DNA of 64,000 bases from Octopus bimaculoides (taxonomy: Eukaryota), in the NCBI RefSeq assembly GCF_001194135.2, contig NC_068983.1, forward strand, positions 70,809,458-70,873,457, written 5' to 3'. Position numbers and translations under genes: made by a program. Below, one piece after another: positions 1-12,059 of this stretch. The stretch's first letter is position 1. Each line of letters starts with the position of its first letter. The notes below the pieces were generated by a model, which had not been told where the DNA came from, searched no databases, and was given only the letters and a program-made list of their open reading frames with translations.

Positions 1-928
1 ATGTACGTATTTAAAGCCATATACGTATTTTGTATGTGTGTGTGTGTGTGTGTGTGTGGATATATATACAGAGATATATTGAGAAGGGAGAGTAGAAGAG
101 AGAAATATGTAGAAAGGTCGACGGGAATGCAAGCAAAAACAAAAACCCTATAATAATCAAATAAATATGCAAACAATAGAGAATTGTAGAACGAGAAATG
201 GTATGATACACTTGCTGATGTTATTCATTATGAAACGCATATGCCATGAAATCAATAAATATATGTGATAAATTATAGTATCTCCTTTTTGTCCAAAGCT
301 GCATATTAGTCACATGAAACAAGTAGGTTTCCTTCTGTTTATTAGATACAATTTTACAGTACTATAAACCAAATATTTTACGTGGAACCCACTAACAGAG
401 ATATTATTTGACTTGAATGCTCTGCAAATGAATTATTTTCATTTAGGCAAGTCTTTTCCTGTTAATACAAACTAATATTTTTAAATAAGATTAAGAATTT
501 TGTTTAGTATTTTAATTCATTTATTTTCGGTATGTTGGATTCTTAATAAGTTACATTGGCTATGTAAAATAGAATTAGTGTTGCTACAATCAAATCAATC
601 AGCACTTGTATTATAGGCTACTTATGTTATCGATTCGTGAGGTATCAAAGGGCGATGAAATTTTATAAACAGAACTTAAAGTGGCAAACCTATTTATGTT
701 ATTATATATTATTTATTCTAGTGTTGTAGCATTTTGATCAATTAGAGACTTCGGATAGTAGTAATTACTAACATTGAGCGAGTGAAAAGAATTATGGAGG
801 TGTACTCAGTCGGCTCTGGCTCTAATTTTATCGACTCAGCTCCCCCAGAAGTATTGAGTATGGACGACGTCTGCAAGATTTGAAATCAGAATAAAAAAGG
901 ACGAAACTAAATAACGGCTTCAAATTTT

Positions 929-1129
929 GGCACAAGGCCAGCAGTTTTAGAAAAAGGACCAGGTCGATTAAATTGATTTCAGTTCCCTACTGGCACTTAT
1001 TTTATTGACCCTGAAAGGACGTAAGACAAAGTGAACCTCTATGGAATTTGAACTCAGAATGTAGAGACGGATGAAATGCTGCTAAGCACCTCGCCCAGAA
1101 AACTGACGATTCTGCCAGCTCGCCGCCTT
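929..1129 (-). mobile_element. tRNA-derived SINE (octopus family A, head AAGGCGGCGAGCTGGCAGAATC...)
   Basis: Homologous to the copies at 26335-26515, 46422-46635 and 58840-59030; the minus strand starts with a tRNA-like head containing the B-box-like TGAGTTCAAATTCC. Confidence 0.85.
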
Positions 1130-1211
1130 CAAGTAATTGAATATCACAAAGAGATTTTGTGTTACACCTTACCTCCTCATGCTCTCCCTTTTAATAATAG
1201 CTTTTCATTTA

Positions 1212-1332
1212 GGCACAAGGCCAGCAATTTTTGGCAAAGCTGGTAGTAGAATCCAATTGACCTAAGTATTTAGACTCATACTACATTTTATCAACCCCGA
1301 AAAAAAAAAACCAAAAGCAAGGCTGACCTCTG
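1212..1332 (-). mobile_element. Partial SINE family A (3' half)
   Basis: GGCACAAGGCCAGCAATTTT...TTTTATCAACCCCGAAA matches the 3' half of the 929-1129 copy. Confidence 0.65.
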
Positions 1333-4079
1333 TATTCCTATTACAAGTTGTATGTATTTTTCATGGAGGTTTAAGGCCTTAAAGTTTAGAGAAAGCAAAG
1401 AATCGAATAAGAGACATGAGTATGATCTGATTTCTTCGCCACTTAGATACCTATTCGATATGTTCATTACTGATTTAATATGCCCTATAATTTAACAATT
1501 GTTATTGGAAAGAATGTGGGACAAGCGAGTCCAATGACTCAATCGTCTTGAACATGACACTGCTAATAAAATAATATGACATTAAAGTCTTGGACAACGT
1601 GTAAGTGTCGCGATTCCATATTTTACACCGATTTATACAAACACTTCATACTTCATTGGAACGAAATTTTCTTTACAGATAGAAAGGAATTGAATGGCAA
1701 AATTCTTAGGCTGCAAAGTAGAGTGGAATTAAGTTTGGTCGTTTAGAGTTCGGAATTCAAATCTCAGCTAGTTTTATTTGGCTTTTGATCTTTTAATATT
1801 TGATAAATGAAAAATTAAAGTTTGAGATTCAGTTAATCGACCACATCCACAGCTTTCAAAGTTTGTTACCTTGTGCCATTGTAAAAAACAATAAAAAACT
1901 TTAAAAATTAAAAAAACTTGCGCCGGAAGGTCCGACATTTTATATCTATCTTCCTTTTGAGGTCAATAAGCCAACTACAGCTAATATACACGTTCATGGG
2001 AATTTTTGTTGGCAGTATCATACAAAAGGGCTTGCGATGGTATTTAGTCAGTGCCAATAGCCAACTGACCTCTAATCGCACCAATTTCATTTCTGCCTTT
2101 TATCTTTTCGAGAATAACAAAATAAAGTACCAACCAAATACTGTGGTCAACAATTCATTACACTCGACTGTTCTCCTCTCCAAGAATCTATAAGGCGCCT
2201 AAGCTAGAAATCAATATTTTATACTTATAGGACAATCGGGTGCTAAGCATAATAGAGTACTAGACTTACCATAATATAACTACATAATTAAAACACATTG
2301 TGAAATGGTGTGTATCATAAGAAATGGCAGAGCAATAGACGTAATATTTTGCTGTGTTTTAATGCATCAACCTTGATCAAGAAAACCTAATATAAAAGGC
2401 ATTCTTGTTGTGCTCATCCCATTTTTTCTTTCAGATATTGTGTATCTAGAACTACTTTGCGTATCCGCTCTTCTTCAAGACAGAAATGAGTTGCTTGAAA
2501 ATTTAAGGTCTATTTCTATCAGGTCGAGCGATAATGTTGCGGTTCCCTTACGCAGCAACATGAGCTAATGGAGCGGCACAAAGTATAGAGTGTCAAGATG
2601 ATTCCCTGAAGATATTTATTTACATAATTTGATGTTTTGGTTTGAAATCCTCTGATACCACTTCTGAAATGTCATGTTAGTAGGATCACTAGTAAGAGTA
2701 TCACACATATATAATAATCGATTTGTCACACGCGCTACGCTAGAGTGTGGAAAGAGATTCCTTGCAGAGATTCCTTGTAGTATTTATTCCGGCTTTTTGT
2801 CTGTCAAGTTCAATTACCACTTTGCTTTCCATCTATCTTGGGTCGATAAATAAAGTTTCAATCTTGGGCGGTAGACTAGCGGAATCTGTCTTGCATCATG
2901 TGTTCCGGCTCTTCGCACTCTTAGTCCAAATCAAGTTTTATATATATTATATTATATATCATAAAACGGTGAGCCGGTAAAATCGTTTGCACACCGGACA
3001 AAATGATTAGCGGCATTTCTTCTGGTTTTATTCATATTCATATGAATCTTTACACACACAGCAGAGATCCATTTAAGGCTACTTGAAACACTATATCCAA
3101 GTGAGAAAATTTAAGAAATATTTCCAAACTCTCACGCACTCACTGAATTATCCAATATAAAGTATTTGTAGACATGCTTTTAACTATTTTCTTTGTAACC
3201 ACTTTCCTTCCAACTATTAGGCTTTTATTTATTACTGAACAATCGACTCATTCACTGACGTTATTTGGCTCTATCCATACTTCCTTTCCTTGATGAATTT
3301 AAACAGTTCATTTTAATATTTTCGAGTTTTTTCCTTTACATAGTTTGGTTACTTTTTTAAATGGCATTTTAAAATTCGTTTCTTTTCTTTTGGAAAAGAA
3401 TTCTTATATTTTTTTCTTTTATATGTACTCGCTAGCTTCTTTTTAATTCTGTAGCTTGCAATCGATTTTCATTTACATCCTTATATTTGAATATCTGTCA
3501 AACCTGCTTATGCATGTGTGTTATATCATTTTATGATAATGTGTTTATCATTTTATGATAAATTTGGTGGGGTACACCACTCTCTATAACGAATTCTATC
3601 TATCTATATATATATATGTGAGCTCTTCTGCTTACGTGTCCCGCTGTGTGTATAATTGTATGCATGCATGTCTGTATCTATTCATGTGTATGTAGGTGTG
3701 TGTATATGTATGTATGTACCTATTCAGGTTTGTTTGAAATTTAACTTATGCTAGTTTCCCTTGGAGAACTTGTGCAGGTTACTAGCAAAGTGGCAAAGTT
3801 CTTTTCCTAAATCAAGTCAGCTCTTAGAGTATGTGGTTGATGTATCCATGTATATATGTGCGTTTTGCATGCGTGTGCATGGGGATAAAATTGTGCTCGT
3901 GGATGTGGGTGTCATTACTCTTTATGTGCATCTATTCATATGTAATTCCTATGTACATGTGAATGGGTGCGTATGTTTGCCCGGAAACTGCAAATGGGGA
4001 ATCCCCAGAATCTTTTCCAATTTTGTTTCTGTTCCACTGATCGATTGTATCTTGAGATTGCAAATCAGTTTAATCTATT

Positions 4080-4860
4080 CTATTTTTTAGAGAGCAGAGG
4101 CGTTTCCAGCCTTCTCTGCAGATCTCTTGTTACGTAGCCCAGTGCAGATGTGATAACAGTAACATATGAAAATCTATAACCTGGATATAAGAGCTGTAGG
4201 TTTCTCAGCTGTACTCCAGTGATGTTCTCCTTTTCTCCAATTTTGGAAGAGACGTTCACTCGCTGAGCAACTTTGTTCAAATTTTGCTTCCTATTCCATC
4301 CTAGTGCATCTGGCGTGCTGTGTTTACATTGGGTTGCTGTTTTTATTGGAATGTACCACTAGTATACTTTATATTCTAAAGGATGGATACTTTCTGGTTC
4401 AGCCCTTATTATTGGAGTCGGGGCAAGTAGACCGTCTCAGCAACACTTCTATGTCTCATGGGAAGGCAGTATAATGAGAATATTTTTGGACAGCTATTAG
4501 TGATGTGAGTGATACCTTCTATACAGGTATGGTACAACCAACACTTTCCTTCACAGTGTGAGGTGAAGAGGTATCCTAGAAATATGTCTCTTTTGTTTAA
4601 TAGCTATCTCCTGCTCTCGGATAGCAAAAGCATACCCTCCTGGGTGAGATGTGACGTACTTATCACGGATCCAAGAGAAACTATTATTTCTGTCCTGTGG
4701 TAGTCTCTAGATTGTGAGATATGTAACTATGCGTAACTGGTATGAGAGTTATTTCTCCTCTAATTCTCTTTTTAAGTAGGTCAATCCACCACTTTTAGAA
4801 CAAAGGAATCAGCTGCAAACTCGGGTTACTTGTTCAAGAGTTTTCCGTCTAATTCCATGT
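4080..4860 (-). mobile_element. Degenerate 3' part of an R4/Dong-type (RLE endonuclease) non-LTR retrotransposon
   Basis: Minus-strand translation, across frameshifts and stops, gives EG-AFAIREQEIA, a decayed CCHC knuckle (C...EGITHITNSCPK...PMRH), KVY*WYIPIKTATQCKHSTPD (W.PI.T...PD motif) and LQLLYPGYRFSYVTVITSALGYV. Confidence 0.8.
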
Positions 4861-4896
4861 TTGTTTGTCAGTCCATCTTTCTGTCTGCATACCTGC

Positions 4897-4982
4897 ATGT
4901 ACGTACGTATGTATGTATGTATGTATGTATGTATGTATGTATGTATGTATTTATGTATGTATGTATGTATGTATGTATGTAT
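4897..4982. repeat. (TATG)n microsatellite
   Basis: Seen directly. Confidence 0.95.
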
Positions 4983-5704
4983 TTAATGGTCGACGTTCTA
5001 TAAATATTCTTCCCCTCATAGACACAAATTATTTCAAACTTCATTGTTGAAGAGATTAAGAGGAAGATGTGCACAACCTGCATTGTGATTGATAGTAAAT
5101 ATCAGCAGACAGTAATACAAGATCATTCTGAAGGTAGACAGCTGCAACGATACTAAGACATCATGTCGGAATGGTTTGTTTGTAAATAAGCAAATACGAA
5201 TTGAACTCGCTAACATCAAATATTGATTTCGTTTTGGAAGAATGTTCTTTATAAAATATAAGAGGGTGAAATAGCAGGAAAAAACGTGTTACAGTAATTT
5301 TAATTGGAGAGAGAATTAGTCAACTTGAGTGTGTATAATTATATTATTGACAAATTTTTGTTCCTAATGGCTTATTCAACAGTTTAGTTATAGCACTTTG
5401 CAGGTCCTCAGAGACTGATCGGAGAGTATCTAGACAAGAAAATATAACCATTGTGTACTAAATGTTGTTTTAGTGAGAATGCAAAGCATTAGTATACACA
5501 TATTCTTCTCAGACCACATACTAAGGAGACCAAGACACTAGATGATGGTTCAAAAGAAGTATCTGATTAGTTTTACTACCTAAGAATATGTACATATAAG
5601 AATATGATTCCGCGTTGCTTCTGTCTACCTAATTTTAATCACTCTGTCTGAGGAAATCCAGGGTTGTCGAAGTATCAAGTGAGCTTGAATCTAAAAACAT
5701 GTGT

Positions 5705-7000
5705 TGTGGCGAGTGTCACAACATAATAAACTTGACTGAATGACTATTAATAGTAGCGGTTTGAGTGAATGACAAAGAGTAGGCGCTAATTGCACCAAGT
5801 CGTAAGGTGTCATTTTGGTAGTTTGTTGGAATATATTTTACTGATTCGTGTGTAGTTCGTGAAGAACTTGTTGGATTATAACGTTATTGTTACCCTACTT
5901 CGTTATATGTTTTATTGTTACTACACGGTTATAGAGTAAACAAGTATCGTCATAAATAGTGGCGATACTACAATAACTGGCAACGAGTAACTACGTCACA
6001 ATATTGGCGACGAGGATTCGAAGCCCTCGCAGGTCGGTTTTTGTGATACAAAGTTGTTAATGATGGAATATCTATTAGCTTCTATAATGCAGTTGCAAAA
6101 AACAACAGCAATAACAGCATCAGGAGTTGCAGATACAACTACTTCAGCAACAAGAAGAACAACAACAGCTAATGGAGCTATGTCTTAAGAAGTCTGGAAA
6201 CACTATAAGTTCATTTTCGCCAGACAGTCAATTGAACTCTATAAAAGAATTCAGTTATGACCCAGAGGAGGGTATAACGTTTGCAGCGTACTTTAGAAGT
6301 TACGAAGAAATCTTCAGGGAAGAAATCTTAAGGCAAGTCGTGGACGGACAACGAAAAAGTAAGACTCGGCTGAATATGAAAAATATTGTAATTTCATACT
6401 ACCGCAAAAAACTAGTGAAATTTGTTTCCAGGTAAGAGTCGAACTACTATCAAAAATACATTGATAATTGTTCCCTATTCAACACTCAATTGTTGTGTTG
6501 GGATCTAGTTCGAAAAGAGGATGAAGACTTTGTCACGTATTCCGGGACCGTAAACAGAATGTGCGAAAGGTTTAAACTGAAGGAACTAACTCCTGATATG
6601 TTTAAGTGCCTCATTTAGGTACGGCAAACAAAGATGCGGAGATACATGCAAGAATTCTCACTAAACTTGAGCAAGTGGACCAAAGTTTAACGTTGCAGAC
6701 AGTTGTAGAAGAGTGTCAAAGAATAGTAAACTTATGTCAGGGCGTAAAGAAAATTGAAGAGGAGTTCTCACAAGTACAAGCATGCCGACCGAGAAGCTAT
6801 AAACCAAAACAAACTATTAAGACCAACCCCATGCTACGGATCTGTAACCCTACATTTCAGCCCTACATTTCAGCCCTACATTGTCCTTACAAAACGCAAA
6901 AATGTTACAGTTGCCAAAATGTAGGACACAAGAGCTCACATATCAGAGCAAAGTTAGAAACCACAACTATGGATTTGTACATTTTTATCTGCACCGAAAG
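5705..7000 (+). mobile_element. Ty3/gypsy LTR retrotransposon 5' relic: LTR (5705-6000), PBS and degenerate gag
   Basis: LTR runs TGTGGCGAGT...ACTACGTCACA (imperfect terminal inverted repeat). PBS TGGCGACGAGGAT at 6005-6017. Gag motifs EFSYDPEEGITFAAYFRSYEEIF, DAEIHARILTKLEQ and a decayed zinc knuckle CPYKTQKCYSCQNVGHK (Mag/Cer-like gag). Confidence 0.85.
6005..6017 (+). promoter_or_regulatory. Retroelement primer-binding site, complementary to the tRNA-Ser(GCT) 3' end
   Basis: TGGCGACGAGGAT follows the LTR-terminal CA after a 4-nt spacer (ATAT) and is the reverse complement of ...ATCCTCGTCG-CCA. Confidence 0.75.
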
Positions 7001-7095
7001 AACGAAAGGCAAAGTTGACTGTTGGGGGATTTGAATTCAGAGCGAGGTGGGTCGGAACAAATACCGCAAAGTATTCTGTCTGCCATGTACAAATG

Positions 7096-7111
7096 TAAAT
7101 ACATACATACA

Positions 7112-7145
<34 letters not shown>

Positions 7146-7270
7146 CACACACATACATACATACATACATAATACATACATACATANNNNNNNNNNATAC
7201 ATACATACATACATAATACATACATACATACATGCATACAGACAGATAGACATACATATATACATACGTA
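7096..7270. repeat. (TACA)n microsatellite containing a 10-N gap
   Basis: Seen directly; it truncates the LTR element. Confidence 0.9.
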
Positions 7271-7515
7271 CATGTCTGTGTGTTCGCTTTTATATCGCGT
7301 ATTACATGCACTAACTTCAAAAATCAAAATATACACCTTAATCATCATTCGTCGAATTGAAGTATTTATTAGCTAAACTTAGACTACAGTTAATTTGCTT
7401 CGCTGTCTCATTAATTTATTCTGTCTCTCTGTCTCTTTCTCTGTCTCGCACAATCTCTCTTTCACACACACACGCACACATATACACTTTCCACACACAC
7501 ACACACACACACTCT

Positions 7516-7546
<31 letters not shown>

Positions 7547-9631
7547 GATGGATATGAAGGGTGATAAAAGGAAGTTGTATCAACAAGCCGCTATCTGATG
7601 CAACCATTATGATTTTAGTCGATAGAAACCAAGACTTATTATTTTCCGTGATTGATATCAAGTTGCTAAAGAACTCTTCGCCTAAATTGAACTCCCAGCT
7701 TTAGGACATTGAGTGTTCAATCGTATTGGGTCGCAATTATAAATTTCCAAGTGATGGGCATAACAGAGATCGATCGAAATGATAATATTATTTACAAGAA
7801 AAGCAGCAAAACGATAAAGAAAACTTTGGCTATGGAAAACATGGTACACCTGCATGTTATTTAATAGAAAAAGAATTATGAATTACGAAATCCTAAATCT
7901 CATGGTACAATTGAGGAGAGACATTCATATGTAAATTAATTGCTCTCAAACACTAACTAAAATCGGTAAAATTGCTTTATCATAAGCAATTACAAACGTA
8001 GGCCTAAAATCCGTTAGCTTTCATGAAACCCTCTATTTCTGCATCGCAGCCTGAAATGCCATTCCTTCAAAGATGAAAGCTTTCTTCTCTGGCAAGATCT
8101 GGAATCATTCTGGCACGGAACCTAAAATACAAATTATCCAAACAACCATAACGCAGTTTAGTTAAATTATCCACACTGAGTATTCTTAAAATGGCTGATT
8201 GAAATATATAGTATAACCAACAAAACTCCTTCTGACAGTTGTTGCAAAACTATTGAATGTAAAGAAGTAAGTATGTACAACACGTGTAAACTACAATGAA
8301 AATCATATTTTGAGAGTAAACGAAGAACATCTGGATTGGTATATTAGTGAACAGCTATTCTATATTACCCAAGGCTAGCAGTACAATCCTGTTTCAACAG
8401 AAACATCGGAAGCAACACTCAACGTATCAACAGAAAGTTATGCATGGGTATGTATGCCTCAAGCTAGGAGACATTCACAGAAGGTATAATCTTTTCTGGA
8501 TTTGTGATAGATGCATCATTTCCTACCTAGAAGGATACACATTCGCTATTTAGGAACAGGAAATACCTGACAAATAAAAGAAATAAGGATTCTTCCAAGT
8601 ATCCAGTCTGTGCTGCAAAATGTCGATAGTGTTATACCAATGTAGATAATATTCTCTACATTTTTGAGGTGTGTGAGACCACACTATAGTTCCCAGATTT
8701 ACCCTGTTAGGTTATGATAATCCATTCTTGCGCAGAGACGCAGAAATACCTTTTGTTTATATCACACGGTTTGAGGGATCCCAAGCTGTTATTACAGTAT
8801 CTGATGTAAAACCTGCGATTTTACTGAAGTTTTGGTATTCTGGCTTCATCTTGTCACTTGACACTAATCGCCGGTACTCAGAGAGTGGTATTGCTGCTGC
8901 ACAAGCATTTATTACGTGAATCCATTGACACGTAAATGTCGCTTTATGGTATGCTCATTTGACACTCCATCAACTGAAAGTCCTATGGCGATGGAAGAGT
9001 GGTGACATGTGCAGAACTAACCAGTTGGAAGCGCTGTATAAGTTACAACTTTGTTCTGTAATTTATGCTTCAAACCACGAAGATCTGCAGCGGAACGGAA
9101 TAGTCATATTAGAAGTCATAGAAAAAAACTCAGAAATACTAGGCGCAGAAAAACTGCAATCGTTAATGAAAATACAGTCCGACGAAGAGTTATGCTAGAA
9201 ACGTCAAAATCTCTATTTCTATCGAGCGTCAAGCTAATACATTCCTCGGGCACATCCCCTTGTTCGTTAATTTTATTATACGTTTGTTTTTTTCCAATTG
9301 ATTGTTTATTTGAATTGACTACATATATATATGACCGCTGGCATGAACTAAGGAGTCAACATGTAATATTTTGTTGAATAACTTTTTCCTTGATGATATT
9401 GTGTTCATATCTTATCCATGCAAATTTTAATCATAAATTTGAATTTATTTAATGAGTACAATTCAAACAGGTGTAGGATGTATGATGTATCACTTTATTA
9501 ATAAATAATTATAATTATTAACCTTCAACTCTCCATTTTCTTTTCTTTTCTTCTGTTAACTGAATACTCTCTCTCTCTGTCTCTCTCTCTCTCTCTCTCC
9601 ACACACACACAAACACACACATATGCTCCCA

Positions 9632-9975
9632 GCGTTCACTATTTTCTTCTCGTTCTGGTCTAACGCCCCTCCATGTTTGTTTTCGTTCGGTTTCCTGTAT
9701 CTACTGTAATTTTTTTTGTTCCCAAATTTGACCCTCCATAAATCCTAAAATTCTACTTTAGAATTTATGGGACCAACTATCTTTGAAGACTCATATTGTC
9801 GTTGAATGCTCGAAATGAGGAATAGCTAGACAGCCGACAACTGATGAAGGGTCCTTTCTCTATGTTAAGCTGTCCTGTTTTCCAGTTTTTCTCGTTGTTT
9901 ACGTATTTCACACGTTTTCCCTCGTTCGTTTACCTATTTCATGTTATTTGCACCGTTGGTGACGTCCTGTGCACC
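9632..9975 (+). mobile_element. T-rich interspersed repeat (pLTR-like, possibly Penelope-associated) with hammerhead core motifs, copy 1
   Basis: Colinear with 55838-56167 (shared GCGTTC, TTTGACCCTCC, TATTGT.GTT.AATGCTCGAAAT, CAGCC.ACAACT.ATGAAGGGTC, GTGACGTCC.GTGC). The link to Penelope is inference. Confidence 0.7.
9790..9852 (+). ncRNA. Putative hammerhead ribozyme with non-standard strand order (UH, GAAA, CUGAUGA)
   Basis: CTCATA|TTGTCG (9790-9801), GCTCGAAATGAG (9808-9819) and CGACAA-CTGATGA-A-GGGT (9835-9852); stem I 6 bp, stem III 5 bp, weak stem II. Confidence 0.5.
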
Positions 9976-10098
9976 ATGCGTGTATATATATATATATATA
10001 TTATTAGTAGTAGTATTATAATTTATTATCCATTATTTAATTGAACGTGACGTATCCATTTCCAAGTATATATATGTATATATATATATATATGTATA

Positions 10099-11368
10099 TT
10101 GGGTCACCCCATAAATAATGCGGTTCCTTAAATTGCATGAACTAAAAGTTGGATGGGGACGGGATAAACTACCTGCATCAACTTGCTTTCAAAGCAGGTA
10201 GTAATTTTGCCTTGTACTTATTCTTAGTGCAAGTTTTGAAGAGTGCAGTTCGATTTTAACAGTTATTTTTTCAAAGCTATAATGGAAGTGACAAAGGAGA
10301 ATATTCGGCATATTTTGCTTTGTGAATTCAATAAAGGCAACAACGGAAAGTGCGAGTAATATTAATGCAATATATGGGTATCGGACAATATGCGTAAGCC
10401 AGTGTCAGCGGTGGTTCCAGAAATTCTGAACCGGAAACTACAGCCTAGAAGACGAGTTTCTTCCTGGAATATCTGTAGAACTCGACCAGGGCGTCCTGCA
10501 AACCCTGATGGACCAAAATCCTTTCGTAAAAGTTGAGGAATTAGCAGAGAAGTTTGGATTTAGTCATTCAACCATTCATCGACACCTTCGTGCTATCGGA
10601 ATAATCAGCAAATTGGGTCAATGGGTAGCTCACAAACTTCCCGAGTCTAATCACGCGCAGAGTGAGAATACGTGCTCTTCTTTACTGGCACTTTTCACGA
10701 ATGAACTTTTTGTGGGGCCGAATAGAGACTGGTGACGAGAAATGGGTTCTCTATAAAAATATCAAGCACCGAAGACAGTGGATAGGGAAAGGAGAAACAC
10801 CTGCGACCCAGACTAAAGAAGGTCATTACCCACGTAAGGTGTTGTTATCTGTTTGATGGATACGAAAGGATTAGTCCACTTTGAACTTTTAAACCCAAAC
10901 CAAAATATTACAAAGGAGAACTACTAGGAGCAGTTTAAGTGGCTTAAGTGAGCGCTAGAAGAAAAACGACCATCTTTGGTTTCAAGACAAAAGATGCTCT
11001 TCCATCAGGATAATGATCGAGCACACACAGCGAGGGTGACACTCCAAAGGCTGGAGCAGTTTGAATGGAAACGATTCCCACTCACGATATTCGCCGGACA
11101 TTGCCCCATCTGATTATCATTTATCCCGCAGTTTTCAAAATCACTGGACGGAAAAAACATGAATTCTGTAGACGAGGTCAGAACAGTACTGGAGGAGTAT
11201 TTTTCGACACGGACAAGTGAATTTTGAAGGAGGGGCAAATCTACCAGATAATGGAAGAGCATTGTAGAAAATGAAGGAGAGTATATTTTAGATTAAAAAA
11301 GAACTATATTTTAATTTTCAAACATAAAGGAAGTATAAAAAAGCTGCATTATTTATGGGATGATCCAA
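10099..11368 (+). mobile_element. Full-length degenerate mariner (D,D34D) transposon
   Basis: TIRs TTGGGTCACCCCATAAATAATGC / GCATTATTTATGGGATGATCCAA with flanking TA. Transposase relic 10281-11296 shows MEVTKENIRHILL, LGQWVAHKL, TGDEKWVLY, HQDN and YSPDIAPSDY, with frameshifts and stops. Confidence 0.95.
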
Positions 11369-11555
11369 TATATACATACAAACACACATACACACCAATA
11401 TGTATGTGTGTGTGTGTCTATGTGTTCGAGTATGTTTGTGTGTGTATTTAGCATTGGTAGTTAATTACCCCAAGTATCGCCTTCAATATCATCAGTGTTG
11501 GTGACGTTTAACTGTCAACAAATTACTTCTGCTTATCTATTTCTTTCTCCCTCTT

Positions 11556-11581
11556 TATCTATCTATCTATCTATCTATCTG

Positions 11582-11626
<45 letters not shown>

Positions 11627-11680
11627 TTATCTATCTATCAAGCTATTCATCTATCTATCTATTTAACTATCTATCTATCT
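11556..11680. repeat. (TATC)n microsatellite
   Basis: Seen directly. Confidence 0.9.
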
Positions 11681-11702
11681 ACCTCTCTCCTCACCTCTTT
11701 CC

Positions 11703-11733
<31 letters not shown>

Positions 11734-11806
11734 GTGTATTATATGTAAATATTTGTGTATACATGCATACACACGCACACATACATACGCACACATACAT
11801 GCACAT

Positions 11807-11839
<33 letters not shown>

Positions 11840-12059
11840 CATAATATATAAATGTATTCATTCATATACCCATTTACGTGCATATAAATAGATATTTATA
11901 CATACAACACACGAACATGTAATGCATGTACGTTTGCGTACGTGTATATGTATATGAAAAAATAAATTAAGCCTTGCTTGTTAATTATCACAAACACTAA
12001 TGATGAATAGGATGATATTCATTATGATGTGATGCTAGTGGGTGGTGTTTGGCAAAGAT

